DNA of 64,000 nt from an uncultured Nitrososphaerota archaeon. Lineage in GTDB: Archaea; Thermoproteota; EX4484-205; JAAOZP01. The notes beneath the pieces were generated by a model. That model saw only the letters and a program-made list of their open reading frames with translations, made no database searches and was not told the DNA's origin. The stretch lies in assembly GCA_964416155.1 (NCBI GenBank), contig CAYQCW010000001.1:128001-192000 (forward strand). The letters are read 5' to 3'. A program made the translations under genes and the position numbers. Below, piece by piece: positions 19,126-29,447 of the stretch; the first letter of the stretch is position 1; each line of letters opens with the position of its first letter.

Positions 19126-20475
19126 ATGGATTTTGATGCGGGAGACGAGCCCCTCATGGGGATGAGTATTCAGCATGCCCATAGCACCTTTGAAGGGTTT
19201 GAAATATTGACTCCAGGGATGCGTTTAACGCTGGAGGATAAAGGCCAGCTTAAAGTTGAGCAGCGCATCGGTATTGAACGCAAAGTGTTAAGCTGCAAGC
19301 TGCCGGATCATCTTTCCCCATGGAGAATCTCGCGAAAAACTAGTTTCAGATGTACTCTTCAAGGAAAAGGTCTCGAGCTGACGGTGCAAGGCGATTCGGT
19401 AATAATTTTTGCTCCAAGACAGCATCTCAAGCTTACTTTTAATGGCTATTTTCTCCCGCATTACGCGCAAGAGGTTAAGGGGAATAGGCTTCTCCTAGAT
19501 CCTTCAGGCGGATGCGGTTTTTTCAGCATTCCAACGAGGCAAACAGAAGCAGTCAACCTTAATTCTGACTCGTGGACAATACGAGCGCATCTGGCCAGAT
19601 GGGATGAATTTTGGGTCTCGATATGTCCACCTAGAGAAATAGATTTGAAAAAGTTTTCAGAATCCGTGGCTCATGAGGGAACCTTGGAGGAACCGTATCC
19701 TTCTAACGAGATTATAAGGAGCGATGCGAAACATTGCAAGGTGTTTACTATACATGAGGGGTGGGCTGCTGACGCACCGGAATGGGTTGAAGACCCGCCT
19801 GGCTCCCATTACAAGCATCCGAAGCCTTGGGAAACTGACCACCCTATTCCGGCAGACCCAGCAGAGTTTGCAAGAGTCAGGGATGAAGTTTGGAGAAACG
19901 GCATGAAGATTCTAGTCTATTTCAGCCCATATTATTCAAACGCTCCGGACCTGTTCGCAGAGATGAAAAGGATCCTGGAAGAGTATTGTGTGGACGGTCT
20001 TTACTTTGACGGATGGTGCGGTCACAGGGAAGACTTCCGTCCGGGGTATTATTTGATTCGAAGAGCTCGAGCAATTCTTGGCGACAGACTTCTCTATCTG
20101 CATTCCAGCACCGAGCCATTCGGAACCTGCCGAGTCTACTTGCCGTTTGTCCATGCTTATGCAGACTATGTGTTGAGGGGGGAGGCTGGACGAGAAGGTT
20201 TAGAGCGCGATGAATTTCTTCGATATGCGGTCAGCGGTTATCAGATTCATAACGCCGTAGGCCTCTGGTGCTACTATGGTTCAACCGGGCTACCCGGATA
20301 TCACAATGTTGTACCTACTTCTGAAGATATCGATGCTGCCCTTAGAAACCATGTGCGGATATGGCGGACGGTGCAATCATGGTTTAAAAACCCAGAGGAA
20401 TTAGAAAGATTCGACGGAGAATACTACATTAAACTGGCCAAGATTAGCCTTGATAAACTGAGGAATAAGCTTTAA
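19126..20475 (+). CDS. Uncharacterised protein with glycosidase-like TIM barrel
   Basis: GMKILVYFSP, YCVDGLYFDG, YLHSS, YADYVLRGE motifs typical of GH-like (beta/alpha)8 barrels. Confidence 0.55.
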   Translation: MDFDAGDEPLMGMSIQHAHSTFEGFEILTPGMRLTLEDKGQLKVEQRIGIERKVLSCKLPDHLSPWRISRKTSFRCTLQGKGLELTVQGDSVIIFAPRQHLKLTFNGYFLPHYAQEVKGNRLLLDPSGGCGFFSIPTRQTEAVNLNSDSWTIRAHLARWDEFWVSICPPREIDLKKFSESVAHEGTLEEPYPSNEIIRSDAKHCKVFTIHEGWAADAPEWVEDPPGSHYKHPKPWETDHPIPADPAEFARVRDEVWRNGMKILVYFSPYYSNAPDLFAEMKRILEEYCVDGLYFDGWCGHREDFRPGYYLIRRARAILGDRLLYLHSSTEPFGTCRVYLPFVHAYADYVLRGEAGREGLERDEFLRYAVSGYQIHNAVGLWCYYGSTGLPGYHNVVPTSEDIDAALRNHVRIWRTVQSWFKNPEELERFDGEYYIKLAKISLDKLRNKL

Positions 20476-20518
20476 CATTATGGTTCGACGATGAAGATAA
20501 CTGTTCTAGACAGACTGG

Positions 20519-21784
20519 TTACAAGCTCTTTTTTGATGAAAAAATGCAGTCCGAGACTGTTTGAAAAACCTGGTCGCCAGCCTCCGGCGTCACCCTACTC
20601 CAGCGTGCAAGCCTAGCTTCATAAGATCCTTTTTCAAAAGCCGCCTTATCAGGAATATAGCCAACATAATCCTCTGAGTACGTGAAGACCATTGCAGACT
20701 TGTACCCGATTAAATTAGCCTCCTCGCGAATCTTCAATCCGAATTCCACAAATAGTTCTCCAGGAATGGAAATGAAAACAACTTCACCCCCTATGGTTAA
20801 AGTCTGAATCAGTGTTTCAACCGATTTCTTACCCTCCTTAGCAACCTCACACTCCTCGTCAGCGTAAAGGAGGCTTGTGACATACTCTTGGTTATCCAGC
20901 CTGCCCCTGTAAAGCTCATATTGCCCCAAGAACCTTCTCCTAGCCTCCTCGAAAGGAGGCGGATCCCTAAGCTTCAGCCTGACGATTCTATTCTGAACAT
21001 TTATCCCCTCGCGGAACAGTTCAACAGCGCTTCTCACCGCATCCATTAGCGCATGCTGCATGCTTAAACCCATTTTCGATATGAACCCCCTGCCCTTCTC
21101 AACAGGGTCAACGTCTCCTGCCGAACCCGTTGTGAAAAAAACTTCAAAACCGTTTCCAAGCAGTCTGGCATACAGTTCTCCAGGGTAGTCTGCGGAAACA
21201 CCGAGATCAATATTAGAAACAGGATGGCAGCAATAATTCGTCAAAACAATATTAAAATCCCTATTCCTGATCAGCATGAAAGGCATACTTTCATCGACAA
21301 CGCCATTCTTATGCGTCCTATTGTAGGTCAGGCCGGGGACTAGAGCTGTTCCGAATTTGACAGAGGCAGGTGTAGACTTCTCGCATGCTTCTACCGCGGC
21401 TTCGACAATGCTTTCCCCGAAGAAAGCCTTCCATTGGTTTAAAACCCTTTTCTCATCACTGTTGTAGGGGAATGTGTTCGGCCACATCGGAGTGATTGTC
21501 TCAGGCCCCGAGTGGGTATGGGTTGTTGTTAAAAATATCCTGCTCGAGCCTATTCCAACCTTTTCTTGAAGAACCCTTTTAACGTTGTCTGCGAAATCCC
21601 TGTAAACCCCGAGCACATCGCAATGTATTAGAAGCACATCCTCACCATACGACCCGATGTTTATGGCGCTGACCATAAGGGGATCATGGACAACTTGAGA
21701 AGGACGGCTGAACCTGTGCGCGTAACCACCTAGTCGTAATCCTATGGGAGGCGTCACATCCCTCTTCGCATAACCAGCCTTCAT
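20519..21784 (-). CDS. Neutral/alkaline ceramidase N-terminal-domain family amidohydrolase
   Basis: DVTPP, HDPL, THTHSGP, NYCCHP, SADYPG, GSAGD, PGELF, GYIP. Confidence 0.85.
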   Translation of the reverse strand: MKAGYAKRDVTPPIGLRLGGYAHRFSRPSQVVHDPLMVSAINIGSYGEDVLLIHCDVLGVYRDFADNVKRVLQEKVGIGSSRIFLTTTHTHSGPETITPMWPNTFPYNSDEKRVLNQWKAFFGESIVEAAVEACEKSTPASVKFGTALVPGLTYNRTHKNGVVDESMPFMLIRNRDFNIVLTNYCCHPVSNIDLGVSADYPGELYARLLGNGFEVFFTTGSAGDVDPVEKGRGFISKMGLSMQHALMDAVRSAVELFREGINVQNRIVRLKLRDPPPFEEARRRFLGQYELYRGRLDNQEYVTSLLYADEECEVAKEGKKSVETLIQTLTIGGEVVFISIPGELFVEFGLKIREEANLIGYKSAMVFTYSEDYVGYIPDKAAFEKGSYEARLARWSRVTPEAGDQVFQTVSDCIFSSKKSL

Positions 21785-21888
21785 ACCATATACGCCTCTT
21801 TAATAGTATTCCCACCGACTTTATATTTCGATGCCTATTATTAAGTTTTGCAGGATAGTTCTTTCCCAGCTTTAAAACCTTAACATTC

Positions 21889-22788
21889 TCAGAAAAAGGA
21901 CCTGAAGAAGTCTTCCAGCCCACCTTCATAAACAGCCTCGGCTAGGAACTCCGTGCCCCTCTGGTCTCCCCAGCTGTAGTAGATAACCGTCCTCCCGTTG
22001 AACTCGCAGAAATCTAGGTCTGAATTGTTTATGTTTACAGCGTTAGCAATCCGGTTTCTCTGCTCAGCAGTAAGCCTCTCGTTAGCGATCTTCTTGTCTT
22101 CGGCTGAAGGATGCATCACAGGGTTAAATGGACTGTCCTGCCACTCGGCAAGGTTTTTCGAGCGGACAATGTGCGGCTCAAATGTTAACTCTGGTTTCTG
22201 CTCAAGATAAACCATGTAGTAGTATCCGTCTAACCATCGGATCGCAGGACAAGCAGTATATCGGTCTTTTGAAAAAGCCTCTTTTAAAGGGCGCATCCTC
22301 CATTTAAGAAGGTCGTCCGACTCGGCGAAGAAGACCGTAAACCTAACGCCGACTATTTCTGCAGGTTCCCCGAGCTCGATTGCCATGACGTATCTATCCT
22401 GTGCTTTGCAAATAGAGTTATTGTAGATTCCGCATCCGGGAAGCACGAGTGCAGTTTCCGAATGCCACTTCTCCAGATCCCTGCTCCAGAATACTTTAAT
22501 CTTTGAACCACCCCAGGTGTCAACACCATAGGCGAACACCCTATCATCATCTACGTAAGCACTACCCAAGTGGTAACCATGTGCAAAGGCGGGGGTTAAT
22601 TCTCCGGAGTCGACGTCGATGAAACGGAAGAACGGGATGCCTGTTTTGTTCGGCTTATAATTGGGCCGCACGTACTCGAAGCGGTAAAGCCTATTCTGAA
22701 AGACTATTGGTGTTGTCTCCACCATGTCACAGTCAATGGTTCCTAGCTTGATGATTCTTGGTTTTCCCATATGTGGAGCGTTGCCCAT
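21889..22788 (-). CDS. Putative beta-propeller glycoside hydrolase-like protein
   Basis: Repeated WSRDLEKW / ESDDLLKW / RSKNLAEW boxes, ETTPIV, ACPAIR, NNSDLD. Confidence 0.6.
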   Translation of the reverse strand: MGNAPHMGKPRIIKLGTIDCDMVETTPIVFQNRLYRFEYVRPNYKPNKTGIPFFRFIDVDSGELTPAFAHGYHLGSAYVDDDRVFAYGVDTWGGSKIKVFWSRDLEKWHSETALVLPGCGIYNNSICKAQDRYVMAIELGEPAEIVGVRFTVFFAESDDLLKWRMRPLKEAFSKDRYTACPAIRWLDGYYYMVYLEQKPELTFEPHIVRSKNLAEWQDSPFNPVMHPSAEDKKIANERLTAEQRNRIANAVNINNSDLDFCEFNGRTVIYYSWGDQRGTEFLAEAVYEGGLEDFFRSFF

Positions 22789-22873
22789 TCTGATTTAAGA
22801 TTTTCGAAGGCTGAAACAATAGGGTGGCTGATTCCACCATATTTTATAAAACGCTAGAGGAAGGACGGATGGA

Positions 22874-24214
22874 TCAGCCTCCTGTAGACTGGCCGTCAAG
22901 CTCCTTGAACTGCCGTCTCCTGGCGCCCCTGAGCCTCAGCCTGTATTGAATAGTCAAGAGCTTCTCCGGTGCCAGCAGCATGCTAGTAGCGTAGAGGACC
23001 AGAATCGTTAAGGCTGCAGAATACGGTATTCCGAGGATCGCTTCAAAGGGTATTGGCGTAATCATCATGTCTTTAGCTATCATTACAGGATAGGATGTGG
23101 GCAATGCGTATACTAGAAGTTTAAGAGCTAAAGGCAGTGTGCCAAGGTCTCCGTACATCATTAGGAAGGAGGGAATCATTATTGGGACTATTACTACTCC
23201 GAGGAGAGAGTTCGCCATCCTGACATCGCTGCTTAAAGCTCCAATCGTCACGCCAAGAGACGTTACGAAAAGTATCGCAAGCACTAGGCTGACTGCAAGA
23301 AGAATGAAGCTCTCGGGTGGAGGTGAAGGGAGTAATTGGGAAATGTTTTCCACGGGAAAATTGAAACCAGACATGGAAAGCATGTTGTTAAAGTACAGGA
23401 TGAACCCGCCTGTGAACAGGATGCTCCCAATCACAGCCAAGATTGACGACCCCAGCAGCTTTGCCAGCAGAATATCATAGCGCGTCACTGGAAAGGTCAA
23501 GAGAGTCTCCAAGGTCTTCTCCTCATTCTCAACCGCGGTTGCGGTAGCAGCAAACTGGACGACGGTAATCGACAGCATTAAAAGCAGCAGCGGAATCATA
23601 ACGCTGTATCCCATTAAAAGTTGGTTGAAAAGTATTTGAGGAGGAACTTCAATTATTTTATCTTTAAGTATTGAACACGTTGAAATGTTGAACGGGTTTC
23701 GAACAACATCCGGGGAAATGTTTGGATTAAGCTTCGATAACAACACGTCGCTGAAAAACTTCGAAGATAAACCCAGTACTCCTTCGACAGCCGTGTACGC
23801 TCCTATTGAGCCTAGGGTCATGCTCTCCATTATAACATATACTTCGACGCTTGCCCTCCTGAAGTTAACCAAATCGCTCTCAAACCCTTTTCTTATAACT
23901 ATCAAAGCGGTTGAACTAAGATTTCTCGCTTCATCGACTGCGGTTTTAAGGTCAGTAGCAGCAACCCTCCTAACATCCGCCCCCAGGCTCATAGAAAGGT
24001 TTAGAAAGGCGTTACTTAACACAGTCTTATCGTAGTCAAGCACAGCTATTTTCAAACCCTTAGCGCCGGCTTCAATAGAGCTGCTCATAGATGTAGACAT
24101 CAGAAAACCCAGTAGCGGCATTAGTATTACTGGCACCACTAGGCCAATGTATATCCTTGGGTCTCTTAGAAGATCCTTAACCTCCTTCTCAACCAGTGAA
24201 AAAAGCTTCCTCAT
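22874..24214 (-). CDS. ABC-2 exporter permease (NatB-like)
   Basis: KEVKDLLRDPR, ENEEKTLETLLTFPVTR..AKL, six TM segments. Confidence 0.9.
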   Translation of the reverse strand: MRKLFSLVEKEVKDLLRDPRIYIGLVVPVILMPLLGFLMSTSMSSSIEAGAKGLKIAVLDYDKTVLSNAFLNLSMSLGADVRRVAATDLKTAVDEARNLSSTALIVIRKGFESDLVNFRRASVEVYVIMESMTLGSIGAYTAVEGVLGLSSKFFSDVLLSKLNPNISPDVVRNPFNISTCSILKDKIIEVPPQILFNQLLMGYSVMIPLLLLMLSITVVQFAATATAVENEEKTLETLLTFPVTRYDILLAKLLGSSILAVIGSILFTGGFILYFNNMLSMSGFNFPVENISQLLPSPPPESFILLAVSLVLAILFVTSLGVTIGALSSDVRMANSLLGVVIVPIMIPSFLMMYGDLGTLPLALKLLVYALPTSYPVMIAKDMMITPIPFEAILGIPYSAALTILVLYATSMLLAPEKLLTIQYRLRLRGARRRQFKELDGQSTGG

Positions 24215-24945
24215 CTACTGATCACCCCGATGAAAGCCTCTTCAAGATTCGAAACTCCCAGCTCATTTTTAATCTCCTTCGGCGTTCCTTCGAAAAGAAC
24301 GTGGCCACGATGTATTAAAGCAACTCTAGAACACAGGTATTCAACCTCAAGCATGTTGTGGCTCGAAAGAACCACGGTTCCACTTTCCTTGACATGCCTG
24401 CCTACAACCTCCCTTATGTGTTTCGCGTGAAAAACGTCTAGCCCTGCGGTTGGCTCGTCTAAAATCGCCAGCCTCGGCCTCGTCATCAATGCTCTCGCTA
24501 TCTGGAGCCGCCTCTTCATACCCTTGCTGTATGTCTTCATCTTGTCATCCACCCTCTCACCCAGCCCAGAGATTCTAATCGCCTCCTCAACAGCCCTCGA
24601 CGCCTCACTATTCGAATCAAAGTATATTCTTGCAACTATAGATAGGTATTCGCGACCGCTTAGGTTTCTATATGTACCAGCGTCCTCAGCCAGGTATGAG
24701 ATGAAAGGCCTGATTTTACCAGCCTCCTTAACAGCATCATACCCAAGTATGTTGACGTAGCCACTTGTCGGCAAGAGGAGCGTTGCCATTATTCGTAGAA
24801 TAGTGGTCTTGCCAGCACCGTTAGGGCCTATTAACCCGAATATTTCACCATTTTCAATTTTTAATGAAGCCCCGTCGACAGCCGTCAGATCCCCGAAGCG
24901 TTTAACAAGGTTTCTGACTATAACTATGCTTCCAGCTCCCATCAT
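24211..24945 (-). CDS. ABC exporter ATP-binding subunit (NatA-like)
   Basis: GPNGAGKTT, YSKGM, ILDEPTAGLD, SSH; 4-nt overlap with permease. Confidence 0.95.
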   Translation of the reverse strand: MMGAGSIVIVRNLVKRFGDLTAVDGASLKIENGEIFGLIGPNGAGKTTILRIMATLLLPTSGYVNILGYDAVKEAGKIRPFISYLAEDAGTYRNLSGREYLSIVARIYFDSNSEASRAVEEAIRISGLGERVDDKMKTYSKGMKRRLQIARALMTRPRLAILDEPTAGLDVFHAKHIREVVGRHVKESGTVVLSSHNMLEVEYLCSRVALIHRGHVLFEGTPKEIKNELGVSNLEEAFIGVISR

Positions 24946-25131
24946 GAATCCGCGTCTATTTGGAAAGGTAGGCTATTTAATTCTTCTGCAGAATGAGAAT
25001 AGAGAAGGGCGATTGAAGAAGCGAGAGCCTCACTAGTTTTCAGACACGAAGACATTCCTAAAAAAGAGTACGCAAGGTTCATGTTCCAGTAGGGAAAGAT
25101 TTAATAGTGAAAAGAACCATTTAGATTAGAA

Positions 25132-25566
25132 ATGAGCGAATTACGATATTATAGAGATTTTTCTTTAATCATGATGATCCGGATTCTTGAGAAAGAGTTT
25201 GGGAAGGAAGCGCTGGACGTTTTGGTAGACTGGAGGAATATGAGGATTGAGGAAGAATGGAGGAAGAGAGGCCTAGAGGTGAAGGATAAGACACCCAGAT
25301 ACTTTCTAATTCTGTTCAGTAAGGAGGTACATGAATTTGAAGTCTTAGAGGAAAGCGGGGAGGCCTTGGAAGTTATCGTCAAGAAGTGTGTTCACGCTGA
25401 AATCTTTAAAAAGTTTAACGCGACCGATATTGGGGAAAAACTAATCTGCAGCGGCGACCACTATGTTGTGGAAGGATTTAACCATGGAATAGAGCTTGTT
25501 AGGGACAAGCTTTTAATGAGAGGAGATGATTGCTGCCACTTCCTGTTCAAGCTTAAAAAACAATAA
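25132..25566 (+). CDS. L-2-amino-thiazoline-4-carboxylate hydrolase-like (V4R-related) protein
   Basis: KKCVHAE, LICSGD, LMRGDDCCHF motifs. Confidence 0.75.
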   Translation: MSELRYYRDFSLIMMIRILEKEFGKEALDVLVDWRNMRIEEEWRKRGLEVKDKTPRYFLILFSKEVHEFEVLEESGEALEVIVKKCVHAEIFKKFNATDIGEKLICSGDHYVVEGFNHGIELVRDKLLMRGDDCCHFLFKLKKQ

Positions 25567-25606
25567 ATCTGAAAAACTTATAAAGTCGTTTCACTCGCCC
25601 GCTCAC

Positions 25607-26482
25607 ATGGTTTACAGAATAGGAATAGTCGGGTCAGATAATTCTCACGCAATTACTTTTTCACAGATCGCGAACGGCATGGACAGAGAAAATTATGTTC
25701 CGGGTTTCAGAGTAACCCACCTCTTCGGGTTCGACGAAAACAGAAACAGAGAGGTTGCGGAGAAAGGCGGTATTGAAAACATTGTTTCAGACGTAAACGA
25801 GATGATTGGGAAAATTGATATTGCGTTCGTGGTTTTTAGACACGGCGGACTCCATCTAGAATACGCGAAGCCGTTCATAGAAAACAGGATCCCGGTTTTC
25901 GTGGATAAGCCTTTAGCAGCCACGGTAGAAGATGCTAAGAGGCTTATAGAGCTTGCCAAGGAAAAACAGACACTTCTAACTAGCTTTTCAACCTTAAGAT
26001 TCACCGATGCTGTGCAGGAGCTGAAAAAGTTGTTTAGAAGCGAGGAGCCGGTTTTCCTAAGCGTGCTTGGACCAGGAGACCTTGAAAGCGAGTACGGCGG
26101 ATTAATCTTCTACGGGGTGCATACTGCAGAGATTTTTAACGAGGTTGCGGGGGTAGGGGTGAGGGAAGTATACGCTGTAGCAAGGGGTAAAAACATTGCT
26201 GCAACTCTCGTTCACGAGAAACTAATTGGAACAATAAAAATCGCCCCAGAAATGCCCTATGTTTTTTCATTGGAGGGTTTGACCAAGAAAACCCATTTGT
26301 CAGCAAAAGTCGACTCCAAGGACTGTTACAAGAAGGGTATGATCAAGATTAAGGAGATGCTTGATAATACGCAGTGGATACTTTCTGAAGGAGAAATGCT
26401 TGAGCCAGTAGCTGTTGTTAAGGCTATAGAGGAAAGCGTTAGGGAATCGTCTAAAAAGCCTATAAGTTCTAGCCAGTCTTAA
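25607..26482 (+). CDS. Gfo/Idh/MocA family oxidoreductase
   Basis: RIGIVGSDNSH, VFVDKPLA, SFSTLRF, FYGVH; start at ATG 25607 about 30 nt after TATA (CTTATAAA). Confidence 0.85.
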   Translation: MVYRIGIVGSDNSHAITFSQIANGMDRENYVPGFRVTHLFGFDENRNREVAEKGGIENIVSDVNEMIGKIDIAFVVFRHGGLHLEYAKPFIENRIPVFVDKPLAATVEDAKRLIELAKEKQTLLTSFSTLRFTDAVQELKKLFRSEEPVFLSVLGPGDLESEYGGLIFYGVHTAEIFNEVAGVGVREVYAVARGKNIAATLVHEKLIGTIKIAPEMPYVFSLEGLTKKTHLSAKVDSKDCYKKGMIKIKEMLDNTQWILSEGEMLEPVAVVKAIEESVRESSKKPISSSQS

Positions 26483-27044
26483 TGCTTATAGAGACTCCTT
26501 CCTGAGTGGGCACTATAATGGTTCTCCATACCCTTCCAGAGGCTTCGTTTAGAAAAGCCTCTACAGTACCATAGGGGTGTCTAACGTTATGCGCAAGCAC
26601 CACCCCGCCGCTGGGGATCCTACTCTCAACCAGACGGAAAAACTCTAAGTAGTGCTCCTTCTCAATATCTATGAAGACTAAGTTCAGCTCTTCAACTTTC
26701 CTAACATGATCAAATGCATCGCCGTTAACTGGCGTGATCAAGTTCTCCAAATGATGCTTAGCCACAAGACTCTTAAGACTCTTGAATCTTTGAATCTTCT
26801 TCTCAACCGCGTAGACCTTGCCGGCAACACCTGATTCTAAAATAGCTCTAGCAATCCATGCTGTTGAAAACCCTGCTCCTGCACCTGCGTCCATGGCTTT
26901 TAACCATCCAAACCGTAGAGCCGCCAAGAAGGTTGTTGAGTAAAGCACGTGGCCGTCATCCATGCCTACCGTCGGAATCCCCAGCTCCCTGGAGGCAGCG
27001 TACGCCTCCCGGATTATGCTGTTCCAAGCATAGTCTTCACTCAT
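26469..27044 (-). CDS. Class I SAM-dependent O-methyltransferase (YrrM/COMT-like)
   Basis: DAGAGAGFST, VFIDIEKEHY, GGVVLAHNV; TTTATAAA at 27072-27079 upstream. Confidence 0.85.
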   Translation of the reverse strand: MSEDYAWNSIIREAYAASRELGIPTVGMDDGHVLYSTTFLAALRFGWLKAMDAGAGAGFSTAWIARAILESGVAGKVYAVEKKIQRFKSLKSLVAKHHLENLITPVNGDAFDHVRKVEELNLVFIDIEKEHYLEFFRLVESRIPSGGVVLAHNVRHPYGTVEAFLNEASGRVWRTIIVPTQEGVSISIKTG

Positions 27045-27098
27045 GGCTGTCAAACACAATGTGGAGAACCATTTATAAACTTGGAAGAAGACCCAGGA

Positions 27099-27340
27099 CT
27101 ACTTTTTATGATGGGCTTGACTACAGCCCTCAGTCGACTCTTCAAGCTCATCTTTAAAACAGGATGAGAGCAGGCCTCTGACAACGTTTGAATCTGGCTT
27201 TCAAGACGATTACCCTTGCCTGTTGAAATATGCTTAGTGCCCTTGGCCCCATACTGTAAGCGATGATTGCATCCGGCTTAAGCAAGTACACGGTCTGCAA
27301 GCCAATACGCATTGGGCCGCCCCCTTAACAAAATGGTTTA
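27099..27340 (-). pseudogene. Remnant of a NifB/NifX-family (FeMo-cofactor-binding-like) small protein
   Basis: Frames read NHF.., LLKPDAIIAYSMGPRALSIFQQARVIVLKA, then after a frameshift FKDELEESTEGCSQAHHKK*. Confidence 0.6.
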
Positions 27341-27397
27341 TAGAAAACACGAAAAACCATGGCCAAAACAGGCTTATTTCTAAAAGCATCCCCACAG

Positions 27398-28531
27398 CTA
27401 TCTGAATGCTCTTTTCCATTCTTTCAGAATTTCTCGTGCAACGTTAAAGCTTTCAACACTGATTGAGAATATGACCCCGGTTTTATCTTCAAGAGAATTC
27501 GACACTTTATCAACCCAAGAGCCGGGTTTCTCACCCCCTTGGGGGCCCTCAGTCCATATTAGACACACGTTTTTCCTTCGAAACAATTCTAGGGTTTCCT
27601 TTAAGCCGTAGAACTTGGCAGGGCTTCCGAAGAAGAATGCTTTGAATGTTCGGCTCGACAGGATTGGTTCAAGAACCTTTCTGCCATCTGAAGCCTCGCT
27701 GCAGCAGAAATGACCCATACCTCCGCCGAACAGGCTGACTGAAAACTCGTTAACAGGGATGCAGAACTTTCTGTATTGAGCCGGGTTCATCATCACAGCC
27801 ACGTCCTCGCAAAGCCTAACACCGCCTTTATCCATCCATACATTAGGCGTCCCATGGAACCCCTGGTTAAGAGGCTCGCCAACGATTCTCTTCTGCTCAA
27901 CTGAGAACTCGACGTATACTTCGGCAACCCTCTTAAGAAGCTCCATTGCAAAGTCTGGGCGACGGTGGAAATCGCTTAGTAGCTTCGGCCCTCTGAGAAG
28001 GTAGGCTATGTCTAACGGACCCTGAGTGTCGCATAAGTATACTTTTACACCGGTTCCATCAAGCTTTTTAACGAAATACTCTTCTGTTTCAATAACGCGC
28101 GTCATCAAGCTTTGACTAGACCAAGGATCCTTTAACTCCCCTAGGTCTGGAGGATCCTTCTTTAAAACAGGCTCCTTAACCCATGGCATCTGGTCTGAGA
28201 AGGGTTGTACGATTATCTCGCTTCCAAATCCGTTCGGCACGATTCCAACGCCATAATTAGCCCTTATGCATGGCATGCCATCATCCTGAAGAAGAGCATG
28301 AGAATATACTGAGGCCAGTTGAGACACAAGCATCTTATCCATATCGAAGTATGTTTCATAGTATTTGAAGGAGGGCCAAGGTTCGGGAGGGGGACAGTTA
28401 ATGATCAGAGGAGGGGTCTCCACTTGTTTAAAATTCCACGCTGCAGCAATCCTGCTTCTCGCCTCCTCAACTCTCTCAAGATCTAATTGCGAGTCTACCT
28501 TCTCAACCCATTTTTCTACATCAATGCTCAA
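27398..28531 (-). CDS. Uroporphyrinogen decarboxylase / MtaA-CmuA superfamily protein
   Basis: DTQGPLDIAYLLRG, CEDVAVMMNPAQYRKFCIP, GHFCC. Confidence 0.7.
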   Translation of the reverse strand: MSIDVEKWVEKVDSQLDLERVEEARSRIAAAWNFKQVETPPLIINCPPPEPWPSFKYYETYFDMDKMLVSQLASVYSHALLQDDGMPCIRANYGVGIVPNGFGSEIIVQPFSDQMPWVKEPVLKKDPPDLGELKDPWSSQSLMTRVIETEEYFVKKLDGTGVKVYLCDTQGPLDIAYLLRGPKLLSDFHRRPDFAMELLKRVAEVYVEFSVEQKRIVGEPLNQGFHGTPNVWMDKGGVRLCEDVAVMMNPAQYRKFCIPVNEFSVSLFGGGMGHFCCSEASDGRKVLEPILSSRTFKAFFFGSPAKFYGLKETLELFRRKNVCLIWTEGPQGGEKPGSWVDKVSNSLEDKTGVIFSISVESFNVAREILKEWKRAFR

Positions 28532-28618
28532 AGTTAACGGGAAGCTTATTAAAAACTATTTAAGCTTTCTTATGAAAATCCGGGAAAGATTTATATCGTT
28601 TAAACTTAAACAAAAAGC

Positions 28619-29368
28619 ATGAGCAGCTTGAAGGTTGGTGCTCAGCTAATCATCTGGGGAGCAAAGCCGCGGGAAAACCTTAAAGGAGTTCTTGCCGAAG
28701 TAAGGGAAGCCGGATACGATGGGATTGAAACCTCTCCTGAAATATTTTCTACAGACATTATGGAAAAGAGGAGGCTTTTGCTTGAAAACGACTTAAGGCT
28801 TGTTGCATTGCACATGGGTGTTGGAAACATTGAACAGGCTGAACAGGCATCGAAGCTTTTAGAAAAACTCGAGGGGGAATATTTGACTTTTAGTGGTCCC
28901 GGAGGAAAAGGCTCGGAGGAAGATTATTTAAACTGCGCAGAGTTTTTAAACAAGGCTGGGAGAATTTCCAAGGAGCACGGGGTTAAAACCTGCTACCATA
29001 ATCATGGGCATGAAATAGCTAACAATCAAAAAGGAATAGGATCAATCATTCAGAACACGGAGCCGGAGTTAGTCGGACTATGCGTTGACACGTATTGGGT
29101 TAAATTCGGCGGGGCAGACCCACTTCAGTTCATCAAGACCAATAAGGAGAGGATTGCATACTTGCATCTAAAAGACGGGTCTGAGGAGGATATGAAAAAC
29201 AGGAGGTTCTCCGAGCTTGGAAGAGGCTCGATAGATTTTCCGGCCATACTTGGCTTCACGACACAGCTTGGAGTAAAGTGGGTTGTCGTTGAACAGGATT
29301 GGGCTCCGGGGAGTCCGTTTAAAAGCATGTTGGAGAGCAGGAGTTACCTGAGGAAAACAGGGTATTAG
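28619..29368 (+). CDS. Sugar phosphate isomerase/epimerase (IolE-like TIM barrel)
   Basis: GYDGIE, YHNHGHE, DTYW, HLKD, ELGRG, VEQD. Confidence 0.88.
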   Translation: MSSLKVGAQLIIWGAKPRENLKGVLAEVREAGYDGIETSPEIFSTDIMEKRRLLLENDLRLVALHMGVGNIEQAEQASKLLEKLEGEYLTFSGPGGKGSEEDYLNCAEFLNKAGRISKEHGVKTCYHNHGHEIANNQKGIGSIIQNTEPELVGLCVDTYWVKFGGADPLQFIKTNKERIAYLHLKDGSEEDMKNRRFSELGRGSIDFPAILGFTTQLGVKWVVVEQDWAPGSPFKSMLESRSYLRKTGY

Positions 29369-29447
29369 CATAACAGGCCGATATTACAGTGCTAGACGAC
29401 ATGGAAGACAAAAACATAAATAGACTTTTTCAGCCCCACGAAGAGAA

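Noticed and set aside
27109-27170. Two mutually exclusive hairpins (GATGGGCTTGA/TCAAGCTCATC and CTCATCTT/AGGATGAG) suggesting a riboswitch
   Set aside because: Lies within the NifB/NifX pseudogene on the opposite strand and matches no riboswitch consensus I know
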